Assembly: GCA_047495785.1 (NCBI GenBank)
Contig: JBLDXI010000002.1
Span: forward strand, 1,984,001 to 2,048,000
From: Lepidodermella squamata
Taxonomy: Eukaryota; Animalia; Gastrotricha
Reading direction: 5' to 3'
Length of the DNA stretch: 64,000 nt
Within the stretch, counting starts at the first letter, position 1, and each line of letters opens with the position of its first letter. The translations under genes were made by a program, and so were the position numbers. Shown piece after piece: positions 1 through 14,414 of this stretch. The notes under the pieces were generated by a model. It was not told the origin of the DNA. It saw nothing but the letters and a program-made list of their open reading frames with translations, and ran no database searches.

Positions 1-830
1 AACCCCACTTTTCACTTGTTAATAGGCATTATCCTTTAGCCGGTCAAAAAATGGCCTTTGGCTAAAATGAGTACACTCGATTTCCAGTCTTTACCTCCCC
101 CACTAAAACCCTTTCTTTCAACATTCTTTGTCTGTTTTTTAATGGGCTTTTTAAATTACGTTTTTTATATGACTATTAATAACCAATAAAACCCCCAGTT
201 TATTGTAGTTTGAATATTCTTTTAATCCTCATTTACCTAGATAATGCCATAAAACTTTAAGATGCATATCACGAGGACACTTAATTATCAACTGGCCGTA
301 TTTTCGGAGGCCACTTTACAACTTGTTATACATATGCCGTTACTGCTTCTACCTATACACTGACTGACCACTTGTTGGCGTAAACCGCAGCAGATGATGA
401 TGACTAGGTATATTTCACCGGCGGTGTGTACGTATGAGACAAAGAGCATCACCATCATTATCATCGTCGTCAGCAATAGAATAAGAAAAAAACGCGCACC
501 AAGGTGAAAAAGCAACCGGTTTATTGTTATTACCAAGCAGCAGGGCAATTAGCGAGAAATTGCGAACGGGTCACGTGTCTGCGTTCTGACCTGATAGCAA
601 TAAAAATTCAAACCAGAGTTTTATAGCGTATATAATAATTTTTCATCATGAAAAAAAGTACAACGATAAATTTGGCCGGCCGGCTATTGCGTGCAAGTGT
701 GGAGGTGTGGATTGGCGCACCCCACCCCCTGTTGACACTTACACCTTCAATAATACAAAAACGTGAACGGGATTGGCACAAATTGTACAAAAAAATACGT
801 TACGCAAAAAATACAACAGAGCAGAGCTGC

Positions 831-3800
831 TTATAGCCGCTTGGGCACACCTCTCAAGAGTGCAATGTTAATCGAGTTTAAAACGGGCAACAATTCGTCA
901 AAAGACGGCCTGCAGTTGCGATCAGCCACCCAGCATCGCATTATAACGTCGTTGAACCTGAAAAAAACAATTGAAATTAAAAAAAAAATGAAAAAAGGCG
1001 CGAATTTTCTTTACATTTCATCTGGGCAGTTTTCAGGTTTCTCCAGTCGTTGGTTCTGATGGCAAACATAGTCGATAACTTCTTCATTGCTCAAGCCTCG
1101 ATACGGCTCGGTCTTGCACTCTGGAAAATTCCAGAAATTATATCAAAATTAAACAAAAAATAATAGCAATACTCGTGAAAATTTCCCAGCAAACGACACC
1201 AAAGCTCCAAACATCTGATTTCTCCTCGAATTTTCGTTGTAGAATCGATTCAGGTGGATGCCAACGAACTGGCAAAGGTCGCGGGTTGGCTGATGACCAG
1301 TAATAGCTGCCCTCGTGTAGGTCCCTCGCGAGGCCGAAATCGGCGATTTTCAGAACGCCATCATGCGAAACGAGCACATTTCTCGCGGCTAAATCGCGGT
1401 GAACACATTTTTGCGTTGTCAAATACTCCATGCCGCAGCAAATTTGAAGGCAAAAATGAACCAAGGCGACGTTGGCGATATCAACGGGATGATCGCGTAG
1501 ATACGCCCGTAAATTTCCGTTTCTCATGTAGGCGAACATGATGAATGGCTGGTCTTCAATGACTGAAATTCCGATAAGGCGCAGAACATTAGGATGGTCC
1601 ATGTTTTGCATGATGTGGGCTTCTTTCAGAAAAGCGACAACGTTGACGTTATCCGTTGACTTAACGGCTTTGATCGCGACCTCCTCGTCCGGACTGCCGT
1701 TGCCACGTTTAATGACGCCGTAGTAAACGACCCCGAAATTACCCTCGCCGATCTGATCGCCAACATGGACCTTTGAGGCATCGATTCGAAGGCGTTCCAA
1801 CATGACACCCATTTCGTCGTTTCCGGAAATTTCAGCGACGAGAGCTCGAAAACTGTGCGAAGGAGTGATGTACTTGTCGAGATCTGACGAAGATTCACTC
1901 AGATTTTGCAAATTTCCTTTCTTTTTCCAGACAAATTTCCAATATCCTAGACCGACCAAGGCTATCGAAGCAATACAGCCAACAGATGCGATGGTTGCTA
2001 TAATTGCTGTTACTTCGTTACTAGAACTTTCGGTCTTTTGCTCAACAGCTGTATAACCAAATATGAACTTATCTCAATATGATTCAAATCAATATTTACC
2101 TCCATTTTTCCCGTCATCTCCAGGATACATAGCGTAGGCTTGGATTTCGAAAGCCGACTTATCTTTTAACAAGGCTTCGTCAGATTGGTGCAGGCGGATA
2201 ACAGCCGAGTCGTGCCCCGTTTCGATTATTGCGCACTGCGTTCCGGTTGAATAGGTCTCGAGGCTTGAATCACATTCGACTTGCGTGCAGTGCTCTTCAA
2301 CGCTTGGTGATACAACAGGGTCATAAATGACCTCAACGTGGTCGCATATGCAGGACGAACAATTTCTCGAACCAGCATCATACAACTTAATTTCAAATCT
2401 GTGGGGAAAATTTCAAATTTCAAAATTTCAAATTTCATAAAGTTAATTTTAAATTTTTTAAATTCTTTATTTTTTAATTTTCAATTTTCAATTAAATCAG
2501 ATATCAATAAAAATTTCAAAATTAATTTTTTTAGCTCAATTTTAATTTTTAGTTTTTAATATTTTTTTGAGGACATACCGCAATTTGGACCCTGATGGGC
2601 CCAATAATTTCCAATCGCAACTGTCATTGACGCTATACTTGATGTTTGTTCGAGGAGGGTCAATCACCGTGAAATGTTGACCGGCCTCAGGCGAGCTGAA
2701 GGTCACAGGGTTGTGGTATTGGCATGGCAAATCTTCCTTGTTCAAGACTGAATAAAAAATTATCATAAATCGCGTATTTTTTCAATTAAATTTCGATTAT
2801 ACCTTCGAAACGAGCGGCCCATCCCCTTCGTTCATAGTCACCATCGGTAACAAAATGAAGGTACATAACAGCGGGCGAGACGTAGTAATAACCAGGATTT
2901 GCGACGGTGCCGCAAACCGTGTCGATTAGAACCCGAGATCGGCCGCCGTAGATGGACAATTTATCGCAAGAGCAAGATGTACGATCAGTGCAATTTTCAA
3001 TATCGATGTATTCAAATCGAAGCCTATTATAGAGAAAATAACATGAAACTGATAATGCAGGCAAAATAACGCAGTACCTGATGTACTGACTTTCATCTGG
3101 AGCTTCGATCGACCATGTGCAATCTTCGTTAGCTCGATAATTCCCATCTATCGTACGTTGGTAATTTGTCAATCGCCCAGTTGTTAGGTTCGCGATGTAT
3201 CTCGAGACACAAGGGGTATTGTCCCACCTCGGCTCCTCCCGCCATTCAAGGACAAACCCTTTCGCCGCAATCGTTGCGTCAGTTTTAAAATTAATCAACG
3301 CAGTATTGCCTAGGGTTACGTAAGTTGCGTTCCGTTCAAGCGACCCTGTCCCACATTTCGTAGTCAGCCGGCGGGATCGCAAGAAACTCCCGGTTCCAGG
3401 ACCGTCAAACAGCGACAAACTATCGCACTCACAGTTGGGACATTGCTGGATGTCGAGCTTTGTCAACGTCATTCGAATGACTCGCGTCGGCGGAACCATG
3501 ATTCGCCATTTACAGTCTTCATTGTTGCGATACAACCCGGTCTCGGAACAGGAGTAACTTTTGAGTGTCCCATTATGTCGGCCACTGATCACGGCGGTTT
3601 GCTTGCATGGAATATTATCCGCATTTATAGCTAAAATATAAAGCGGTAAGAAAAAATATTAATTAATATGTCATATTAAGGAGGAATATTAATTAATATT
3701 AATTAAAAATATTAAGGAGGAATTTTTGAATTTTTGAATTTACAATTTTTTGAAATTTGTTGATTAAAAAAGAATAAAGAGGAATATTCTCAAGACTTTA

Positions 3801-4392
3801 TCAATTTCACACACGCGACAAGGGTACTGGACTCAAAGTTATTATTAAAAAAAAAACGAGCCTTGAAATTCGAGGGCGAAGCCAGAGAATTCGTGGTCTT
3901 CATCGCTTTCAAACATAACCAAGGCCGCATTTAGGCTGGACATAAAATGCTCATCCGGTTTGAATTTCCCGCATTCTTTTGTGATCAGCGGTGATAGGAC
4001 AGGGTCCAATCCGTTCAAAATTCGAACCGAGTCGCACGTGCATGTGCTTTCCATGAATGCAACGCCCGATCTCGAACATTCCTCCAGGTCGAGTTGGTGA
4101 AAGTTGAAGCTAGGAAAAGCTTGATTTAACAAAATTTCGAACATATCGCGTTCGATACTTTATACCTGATTATGTAATGCTTTGGTACTGTAATTGCCCA
4201 CATGCATGTTCTATTAGGGAAATAATTGCCGTTGTTGCCTTGGTGACTTCTTATGATCCCATGGGTATTGTTGATAACAATAGGGTGATCAGGGCATCCG
4301 TCGATTGGATCGTAATAAATCGGCTTCCGAAAAATAACCGCCTCTCCGAACCCAATAGCAGTCAAAAAAGGTAAAATTACAAGAATTTTCAT
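831..4392 (-). CDS. Receptor tyrosine kinase with about 4 extracellular CUB domains (multi-exon)
   Basis: Signal peptide MKILVILPFLTAIGFG (ATG 4392). CUB repeats: YFPNRTCMWAI...CDSVRI...GFALEF; YRNNEDCKWRI...CDSLSLFDG...GFVLEW; YRANEDCTWSI...GWAARF; YSVNDSCDWKL. TM helix near 1950-2010. TK motifs GEGNFG, VAIK, HRDLAARN, DFG, SDVWSFG. Final exons give PYRGLSNEEV...CPDEM and RCWVADRNCRPSF, ending TAA at 831. Confidence 0.9.
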
Positions 4393-5014
4393 TTCCAATT
4401 TTCGCGAAAAGTACGAATAATGCTTCATTTTTCTCTTTCGTTCGTTTTTTTGCCCGATTTTTTAGCTCGAGTGGGCTAATCTGGATCGATGCCCGTCACA
4501 ACATCCACTTACACGTGAACAATATCGTGCTTATCAGACGTTCGCGGAAGAGGCCCATCTGTCGAAAGTTATGTAGTGCACGACATAATTTCGAAAAAAT
4601 TATTGCCTCGCGCGTGTCGTCATTATTTATATAATGTATATAATAAGTGGTGGTTGGCAAAGCGATAACACCATTGCAACTCGTCCGGCGCAGAGTTAAT
4701 AAGCGGCACACGAAAGGTAAACATAATAGCATCAAACGGAGAGAAAAATTGAAGCGACGAGAGCTTTTTTTAATCACGACGAGTGAGAAACAGGTTTTAG
4801 CATTCCGGTGTTAATTTAAGCGTTCTTGAATAAGGTCACACGGTGGCCTCATGTTGTAATTGTCTCTTCCTCCACACGCGTCACTTGATGACTGAAAAAT
4901 GCAGTTATTAACAAGATAGAAAGTTTGTTTACTCGCGCAAAACAGCTATAGACCTGCTTGAGCTAATATACATACCCAAAGCACTCGCTATAAATCTGAA
5001 TTTTTATATGTGAA

Positions 5015-6403
5015 ATGAAGTCGTGTTTAACCTACGTCGTGATATTTTTCCAATTTTACTGCTGCTGCTGGGGTAATGTCCCGTTTTTCGAACACACCTA
5101 CCCGTTAGCGATTGGATCTTCGCTGGCCGAAATTCACCGCTCCCGATCCGCAGCCAAACTCAAGGAACGGCCTCTTCCTTTTTCGTTATTAAACCGCTTG
5201 GATGCTGGTGGTAAAAATTCCTCGAAGAAACTCGCTGATTTTCGCAAAAATCATCAATACTACAAATCGATTCCAGTCAGTAATAGCCCGAAATTTATGA
5301 TAATACCAGGCGAATCTCAAAAGACACAAAAGGATTTCTACGCATCCCTCAAGGACATAGAAGGGTTACCTAAAATGATCTGGCTGCCGATTGGCGGGAA
5401 AAATCCTATCGATATCATGTTTCAAAACACGGTTCCACCCAGCACAGTAACGACTAGAGCTACAACGACTCCGTTACCACCAAAAATTACGCCGATTAAC
5501 TACGCCAAGATTATCGCGTCATTATTCGGCGCGAAATCGCCTGGTTTTTCGAATTACTACTCCTGGGAGCCGGTCACTCAAAAGCCTCGATACACCCTTA
5601 TCCCAGCGACGAAACCTATCGATGCTGTGGAAGACGTTTGGCTGATTCCAAAAGGCATAGATCGCGATCAACTGCCGCCGGTTAAAACATTCGGAGGATG
5701 GGACCCGGACTACTTGCAATCGATTCCGCAACTGCCGCAGGCCTCGGCTGTTCCTATGGAAGAAATCGCTTGGTACCCGTCCCGTTATGAGATTAACGAA
5801 AGAACAACAGCGACAATTAGTTGTTACGGAGTTTTATACTCATTAACTCTTGTCGAGGTAAATTTCTCGATTTTTTAGTGATTATTTTTTATTTTTCCTT
5901 TAATAGATTAGGAAAACAGCTTGCTGCGGGAAACGAGCCTATAATTACCATGTTGCGACCTGTAGAAAGGGCCAGGTTGTTAGCCGGACTAATTACCTGA
6001 ATGACGCTGTGGCCAACTCTTCGTTGACTATGGTCGAAGATCCTGAAGACATTGTTTACGTCGATGTGGAGAGTGGCAAAATTCAGGGTGAGTATGACCA
6101 GTCATCGCCTATATCGCGCTACTGTGGCTCTGACGATGTGATTTACGACCCGAGAGAGCAATTTTGCTGCGACGATGTTGTTTATCCGAGACTGGAAGGG
6201 CAGGTGTGTTGCGAGGGTGTAGCCTATGCTCACTCACCTGGAAAACGTATCGCATGCTGCTCACTCACGCCTTACGACTCGGATACCCAAGTAAGATCTC
6301 ATTATATCGGTCAACATTTCACAATTAATTTGTTGTTATTTCTTTCCAGATGTGCTGGCAAAATAATCACGTATTAGAGAGAAGCTATTTAAATGGTTTT
6401 TAA
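5015..6403 (+). CDS. Secreted protein with galaxin-like di-cysteine repeats, paralog A (3 exons)
   Basis: Signal peptide, Pro/Thr-rich region, then CCGKRAYN, CGSDDVIYDPREQFCCDD, VCCEG, CCSLTPYDSDTQ|MCWQ repeats. Short GT-AG introns near 5858-5907 and at 6291-6349. Confidence 0.7.
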
Positions 6404-6532
6404 TGAATAAAATTTAATGAATGAGACAAGAGAAGGATTGGCCGTTTACTCGTCAGATGTCTCGATGAGATAAAGGGTTGACAGTTTTGATCCGCAGACA
6501 CACTTCACATAAATGATTATGCTGGAGTTGAG

Positions 6533-8321
6533 ATGTGTCGAATTTTCGCAATTATCAGTTGTGCGGCAATTTTTTTCATTATTCCCATATTGCTTCGAGC
6601 TAATAATTTGAATTTATCGGCGGTCGAATACGCGTTTACACCTAGGGATTCCCAGAAGCTGATCGATTCGCTGTTGAAGGCATGTTGGAAATATTAGGAA
6701 AAATTATCAAATTAATTTGTCTAAATTTTCAAAGCCCCTTAATGTAACATGGAATTGCGCCGATCGACGAGATCATTTGCCCGAGTGCAGGCTAAATATA
6801 ACCGCCGATCTCAGTATTTTTTATCAATTATTTACTAAATTTCGTTATTAATTTTATTAAACGATAGTTGGTCATCTGGACGTGTCGAAGCGAACAATAG
6901 CTCCTGGAAATTTGACGCTGGACGAAGTTTCAAAGCTCGTTCAAATGGCTGGACATCCGATGGCGGATGATGGTTACTATGAACCACCAGATTGCCGGCC
7001 TACAAGTCGCATAGCTATCATTATACCTTTCAAAAAACGCCACGAACATCTGCGCCAGCTTTTAGCTCGATTTGTCCCAATGCTGAAACGGCAAAAAATC
7101 GCATTTCAAATATTCCTCAGCGAGCAGGGTTAGAGAGAGGTCACGCAACTTTTTCTTGCTAATTTTTTTTAATTTCTTCGCGACAGTTGAGTATCGAGAT
7201 TCGAGATTCAGCCGATCCGTCCTAATGAATGCTGGCTTTGTCGAGGCTATGTTACACGCGAAACGAAACGGCCGACCGCCTTGGTGTTGCGCCGTGTTTT
7301 ACGATGTGGACAAGTATGATTCATCCCTCTTTGAATCATATAAAAAAATAGTTTTAATTTTACAAAGGATACCTCGAGATGACCGAATGCTTTTTACATG
7401 CCCAAAAAAGCGAGAGTTGTACCACATGTGGATGCAGTAGGTTGCATGTTTTCAGACTTTTTACAGCTAAAAATGATTAATTTTATCTAGGGCAAGTATA
7501 CCGTATCACTTCGGCGGTATAGGTGTGATCAACAGCGATGATTTCATTTATATAAACGGATATTCGAATCTTTATTTCGGCTACTACGGGGAGGATGATG
7601 AGATAATAATGAGGTCTTTATTATTTCACAATTAGTTTATGCAAAAACAAATAAATTTTTTTCTAAAGAGGTATGCAATGGGCGAATTACACCTATCGTC
7701 GCCTAACGAGTACAATAATTGTGCCGATGGGTCACGCTGGCCGAGACGAGGGCATTGGGCACAATGACACGGGCAACGATGACAACACGAGGAAGTGAGA
7801 GAAAATATTTTTTTATTATGCGATAATTTCGCAAATTTTTGTTTCAGTTACCGGCTGCATTGGACATCTCGTGCCAGAATGCATACGGATGGGCTTAATT
7901 GCGAGGAGTACCAACTCTTGGAAACCCAGCACAACAATTCTTACACGGTTTTCAGGATTCAATACGATGAAGATGCCATTTACGCGGTATTTTTTTCATT
8001 TTTTCGAATTTTTTCAAATTACATAATTCCATTCGCGGGTATACAAAATTATTGTATAATTATAATTAAATATTATTGTTATTACTTTTTTATTTTTTAT
8101 TATTAAATTGTAATAATTATCATAAAATTTAAAAATTTAAAAATTATAATTTTCTTTTTTTTCAGAAATTCATTTTTGAATGCGCGAAAACCGGTTTTTG
8201 GCAACGAGTCGTTATGCTGATGGGGAAAAACTGGGACAGAGTGGTTGAAGCTCAAAAGATGCGACTCGCTCATCCCGAAATGAGCCGTAAATTGCCGAAA
8301 CCAGCGGCACTGCTCGTTTAA
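6533..8321 (+). CDS. Beta-1,4-galactosyl/GalNAc-transferase-like protein, GT7 family (about 9 exons)
   Basis: Type II TM anchor (MCRIFAIISCAAIFFIIPILL). Motifs RIAIIIPFKKRHEHL, FSRSVLMNAGF, FYDVD, FGGIG...INGYSNLYFGYYGEDDE and DGLN, joined across 50-60 bp introns. Confidence 0.85.
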
Positions 8322-8579
8322 CTATATATGTGTAAATATGTATCAGCACCTAGATCTTGTTTACGCTCACCTGCTGAGCACCGCTGCTCAACTCTTTACT
8401 CGCTACAAGTGTAGTACTTACACCATGTAAAAACACGCGATAGTTAGTCGCGGATTTCGTGAATCGTTATGAAGAGAAATTATTTTTTATTATGATTAAG
8501 TCGCCGTTTATTGCATTAGAAGACGAGTGCAAGCTCAAGTTTTTGGCTGCGACGCGAAATAAAGATAATAAACGGCGGC

Positions 8580-9716
8580 ATGAAATCACTTCTTTTGCTA
8601 TCACTCCTGATTATTTTCTACGAATTAAAATCGGCGGTTAGTCTGAGGCCAAACCGCCGGAAAGCAACTCGAGGTCCTGAGTTGAATCAAACCATCAGGT
8701 GGTCGGACGACTCGAAGATTAATTGCGGCAATTACATGAATGGCGCCCTATGCCTAGTGCCTCGAATTCCGATGGTCGACTGGCACAGTTTGCAAAAGTA
8801 AGATAAAATAACCTCTAAAATAGCCACCTTAAACTATATTACGTCCCAGAGTTGGCCTTTTGTCTCCGTACTCATTTCTCAAAATGTCTGAACGGAGCAG
8901 AGAGGATTGGCTGAATGATGATCTCATGACCCTTTGCCAACCATTCAGAGACTTGCAGCGCTGCTCTGAACAGCATTTAGGCACCCGCGCCTTCTGGGAG
9001 TGCTTGCCTGCTGATGAATTCATACCCGGTGAATATCGGCACGTGGCGGTATACCGGACCCGCCTCAGTGCTATGATGCAAACGGTTGGCGAAATGTGCC
9101 GCGATGGCCTGGTTCGCGACATTCGATCCAGCGTGCCTTGCCTAATCGACATCATCGAGGAGAATCCGCAACCAGCTCTCGCTAATTGCGCTTTTAGCCG
9201 GCCTAAAAATTGCTCAGACAGCTTCCATAAAATTGTGAGTTTTGCCAAAATTAATTCAGATTATTAAAATTAAAAATTAATTGAAATTGAAATTAACTTT
9301 AAAAAAAATTAAATTTATTTAAAATTTTGAAATTTACTTTAAAACTTTAAATTTAGTTTGAATTTAATTTTTTATTTAATTTCTCCTTTTAGAGCGCTCT
9401 GGTCAAGCTTTCCACCTCATGTCGGCCACTGGTTCAAAGCACCGTGTAAGTTTTCAAAAAAATTTAAATATGTATATTTTATATATTTTTTCGTTCGTGC
9501 AGGGTGAAATTTTTCGGCGGCCTTCAGCGGTTAGCTTTGGTGTCCAATATTAAAGAGCCTCAAGTTTGTAGCGAGGAAGAATTGCCGAGAGTGAGAGTAG
9601 ACGCCTACCGGGACGCCGATTTACCTGTAATTTGCTCATTTTCGATGCCTGCAATTCACTCGATATCACGGAATTTCCTGTGCTTTGCTGCTATTTTCAC
9701 TCGATTAACATTTTGA
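8580..9716 (+). CDS. Secreted Cys-rich helical protein of unknown function, possibly GPI-anchored (4 exons)
   Basis: Signal peptide MKSLLLLSLLIIFYELKSA, spaced cysteines and a hydrophobic C-terminus. Exons join in frame across GT-AG introns at about 8798-8849, 9235-9392 and 9446-9502. Confidence 0.6.
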
Positions 9717-10864
9717 TATGAATTTTAAAAGAATGTATAAATAATAAAGAATTCACAGTGAGTTTCTACTCGCGTGCCCTAGTTTACGAGGGCCTTAATT
9801 AAATTGTTAAAAAAATACTGGAAATAATTCCTTCAGCGCAACAGTTTGATCTTTTCAATAATACTTTTAAGTAATAGCCAGCTCGCTAAGATTTAATACC
9901 GAAAACACCTGTTTTGCTGCTCGAGCGATAATTGTCATTATTATTAGTGTATCATTGTTATCGCGCGCGCGCGCGCTTTTTTGCTTTGTGCGCGCAATTT
10001 TTTGCGCGAGCGCTCTCTTATATTCGCATAAGCGTGTCATTTGTCGTCTTACGCGCGAAACGATACTCGAGCAGCAACGTGCCAAAACAGTCGCATCTCG
10101 GTTCTGTGGAAAATTATTATCACAAGAGCTACCAACACTGATGTGTATTTTTGTTATTATTTTTCGCGCGCGCTCTCTTAATAAAGAATTAGGCCAATTA
10201 TATGGCGTAATTGCCGCTGCCATAATATTATTAATTTTTGACGTTTCAACGCCATTTTCAAACAGAGCGTCAGATTCTGCGTCTTCATCGAAACCTGAAA
10301 ACAACAACAACTAGAAAACGGCGTTTTGCTACGGCAGCAAAAATGCCGGCGAAAGCTCGAGATAGCAAAATCCGGGGACGCGCAACTCGTCTCAAAAATA
10401 AAACAGTCGTTAAAAGTTCCCATCACAAATAAAAGGCCAATATCACTACTTTTAACAATTATAGCGCTAGTGTGTTTATTTTCTGAACATTTCTGCGCCG
10501 CCATGTTGGCATTTTATCGCACGGTTAAAAACAACACAGTGTTATTATATTGTTGTTGTTGTTGCGCACGATGTGTATTTGCGATGGCAGTTTTGTCAAA
10601 CTGGGATGCCGACTCAAAAGTTTTACATGTTTTTCGAATTGAAATTTTTAACACAATGTCGCTAATTGCGAGATCATTTTGGACCGCAATGTGGCTTTGG
10701 GAACGAGCGATCATTTTTTCAAAAATTCCTTCTTAAAAATTTTAAATTTTATTTTAAAAATCGCTTTAATTTTTATATTAAGCACCGAAAATATTCTCAA
10801 CATTTTCAGACACGTGATCGTTTATTTTTTTTAATTTTTAACAATTTTTATTAAATGTATAGAA

Positions 10865-13800
10865 ATGTATACTTGGGTGGCCAAGGCCGTGCTAGTAATA
10901 TTTGCCGGCACGATATCGGCGCTGGACGTCGGCCAAATTTTTCAGCAAGCCGTGCAGGACACGCAAATTGAAGGCGAATCTTTCCCAACGTTTTTCTCCG
11001 GCAATAATAACAACCCTCGAATTGTTCATCGGCATCATCATCACCACCATCACCAACACAAGCGGCCGAATGTAGCTGAAGTGAATGACGATAATTTCGC
11101 GAAACCAACTTGGAGCTCGATTGATTCGGTGGCTCAGCTGCCGCAATTTGACCTTATTAGTAACGAAGATGGTATAATCAATGTTGCCGATCCTCAACCA
11201 GCCGGCAATTCGATAACTATCGATAATCAGCAAAAAATGGTTATTCGTCCGAAAAATATTTTCGAACCGCTCGCAAATGTCGCTCCGACTCAGGGTTTGA
11301 TTTCATACCCAGTCATCCCGGGTTCTGATTCACCTGGTCGTATTAAGGTGGCTGAAATAATGAACTCGGGCGATCAGATTCTACAACCAATCCAGCCGAT
11401 GGATTCTATGCAGGAATTACAACCCCTCCCCCAGCAGCCGGTTAAAATAATCCCGATCGGGTCGTCGATGGATGGCACGTTAATGCCCTTCGTCGCGGGT
11501 GATTTAATCCCGCGGGTTGAGGAATTGAAGCAGAGTGACAACCAGCCAAACGTCGTGCCTACAGCGAAATCGTCTCGAAAAGCTGAGACGGTTAATTCTA
11601 GCAATAACAATCTCAACCCAACATTGCCTTTTGTCAACTTTTTCAACCCGCAACAAGCCGCTGATAATAACAGGCAATCAGCCGTGACGAAGAAACCTGT
11701 CCGAATTATTGCCATGACGACAGAGGGTAAGAAACAGCCGCAGGTTGTTGAGAAAAAACTGACGACTCATCCGTCAATGTCGGCTCCTAGTGACCATGGC
11801 ACGGTGCCTGAGTTGATCGGCAACGGCCGTAATCGACCTGAATCTCGGAAATTATACTCATGCCACGGCAAGCGATTCGTTTCGACTGAGAAAGAGGTAT
11901 AATTTTCTTCACTCAAATATTTAGATTTTCACAAAAAGTTTCAAACGTCTTTAATTGTTATCAGTTCCGTCGCAAACTCAAAGTAAGACTAGCATTTCTG
12001 CGTGAGATGTCACCTACACTTTATTTTTGAGCTTTTTTCTCTCATGAAAATTCAATTTTTTATTATTTTAAATGTTAAGTTTCGTCGCTCATTATTTTTT
12101 TGAAAAATCACAATTTTTTCCTGATTTTTTCCTGCGAACTATAGTTTAAAAATGTTTAAAGCTGAATTCATTTTAAAGTTTTTGTAGCTTTCTGTGTTTT
12201 TGGCAACTTTCAATTTCTGGAATCATCACTCAATTGTTTTTGGCAAATTCTAGGTCAAATTCGCAAAATTTAATTAGCGCTGTGTTTGTGAAGTTTTATA
12301 ATTTTATTTTATTAGCTTTAGTCATTGGTACAGTTTGTGAAAAAATGTAATTCATAATTCATTCAAAAAAGATTATTAATAATTTGAATTTTGTTGTACT
12401 TTTTTAGGCTGGAGAGGTGAAATGCTGCGGCACCAAACCGTACAAATGGCGTCGAATGCTGTGCTTGAACGGCGAACTTATCAATCCGAACAATGCCTCA
12501 GCTCCAGCCTTTGAAACGACATCAACGACCGAACAGCCGCCGCAAACCACTCAACCTTTGATCAAAATCGAAATTACTACAACATCCCGCATTCGAACAC
12601 GTGCACCTTACATCGACTACGTCGCTGCTAAGAACAATCAACAACAACACCGTCACCAGCAAATGCAAGTAATGGCCCGCCGTCGATCTCGACCATCATC
12701 TGTTGTGTCTGCGACCCTGAACGACCAAGGAATGCCCTTTATTCAGCCAGATGCGTTGCCTGGCGCGATGATTGCGGCTTTTGAGCGGCGAAATGGCGTG
12801 TTCCGGAAGCAGTCAACCGAGAGAACGGCTTCTTTAGTTACCGTGACAACTACAACAGCTTCAACCACTCCATCTACCACGACGCCTACAACTACTACAA
12901 CATCGACTACAACTACCTCGACAACGACTGCAACCAGGCCATTACCGATCGTTGAGAAAATAACAGGATTCCAACGAAGAGTAAAGCCAGACCCTGATCA
13001 GCTGCAAATCGAGCCTCAGTACAAGCCTGTTGATAACGCCTTTGATTTTTCGCAGTTATTTATGCGAAATTTCAATGGAATAATGGCAGTCAATCAGCCT
13101 CAACCTGAGGTAGTTACTTTCGATCGAAATTCAGCCGGGGAAGGCGAGGCTGCTCAAGATCTCAGCGAAGTATCGCAACCTGTGATCAAGGTAAGGGCTG
13201 ACATCCGACATTTACGGCCATCAATTCCTAATTGAGGGATGAAGGAGAATGAGAAATGTTTGGATCGAAATTGAATGTGTTTCATGAATTTTTCAAAATT
13301 GCTGAAATCATCATTCAGCCTGTTCAATTTCGAAAATAAATATAAAAAATTGAAAATTTTAATCACATAGCCCAGAATCCGGTTTTCGATTATAGGAACC
13401 TCAACATTGAGCATATTTAAGGTGGATTTTTTTATTTTATCATCTAGACCAACATGGTAATATCAAATGGGCCGATGACGTCTGAAATGGATTCTAACCC
13501 TAACAAAGTAGTCATGGTTCGATGCCGGCGCCAAGAATGGCCGATCAGCGAACCTATCGGCCTTTACATATGCTGCGGCGACAATCTGTACTACACTCTC
13601 ATGGACATTGTAATATGCAACGATGAGATGCATGCGCCTATTGTTATCGACGAGGCCGATGTCTACCGGCGGCAGCAATTGTTCGATACGGCTAATGTTG
13701 CGTTCAACGTACCAACCCCGGCGCCGTTCATGGCCGTCTCAGCGCGGAGTTCGAGTCGAAGCCGCGTCATAGAAACAATCAAGTCGTCGACTTCGAATTC

Positions 13801-14095
13801 GACCGAGAGTGAAACAGATTTCTGCGAAACAGTTGTGAATCCTAAAAAGTTCTGCTGTGGTAAATCTCTCTACGATAAGGAATTCGGCCAAGTTTGCTGC
13901 CAGGGTAATTACGGATTCTCTAAGGCTGGTACAATCCAATGTTGCGGCGCTTCGTTATTCGATGTTAGGACACATGTAAGCGAAAATCGCAATGAATTAA
14001 TGAAAATCGGTCATTCTTTTCGTTTCACACAGGAATGTTCTGGGTCAAATGACGTTCTACCGCGTGGTCCGAGGGTGATTTCGTATTTCAGTTGA
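10865..14095 (+). CDS. Large secreted mucin-like protein with galaxin-like di-cysteine repeats, paralog B
   Basis: Signal peptide, His tract, Thr-rich tract; KCCGTKPY, ICCGDNLY, FCCGKSLYDKEFGQVCCQG...QCCGASLFD. ORFs 10865, 12417 and 13454 are bounded by GT/AG sites. Confidence 0.7.
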
Positions 14096-14414
14096 GTCTC
14101 ATTACATATAATGGAACAATATTGCTCTTCAACCGTGTTTCAACACCGCCGTGTCTCAAAGCTCAATTCATTTATCATTCTTAGATTTTTATTCCACGTT
14201 ATTACTTTATGTTGTTGGATTCTACTTGTCAGAAATAAATGTTCAAAGCAGAAACATAGACGTATTTTTCAGTATACAATACAAAATCAACATGATAGAA
14301 AAAAGAAGCAATTGTTGATCACTAAAGTTTTTATTGATTTTTCTGAGAAATTCCAGAGATACAATATGCGTCAGTAACGTTCACATCGGAAGATACAAGA
14401 TGTCTATAGCTGTT

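Noticed and set aside
288-1059. Short ORFs at 288-548, 608-790, 648-836 and 763-1059
   Set aside because: No domain or convincing splice context; two are antisense to the RTK 3' end.
9867-10854. Overlapping ORFs on both strands in a CGCG-rich tract
   Set aside because: Low-complexity translations with non-ATG starts; more likely regulatory or 5' UTR sequence of gene B.
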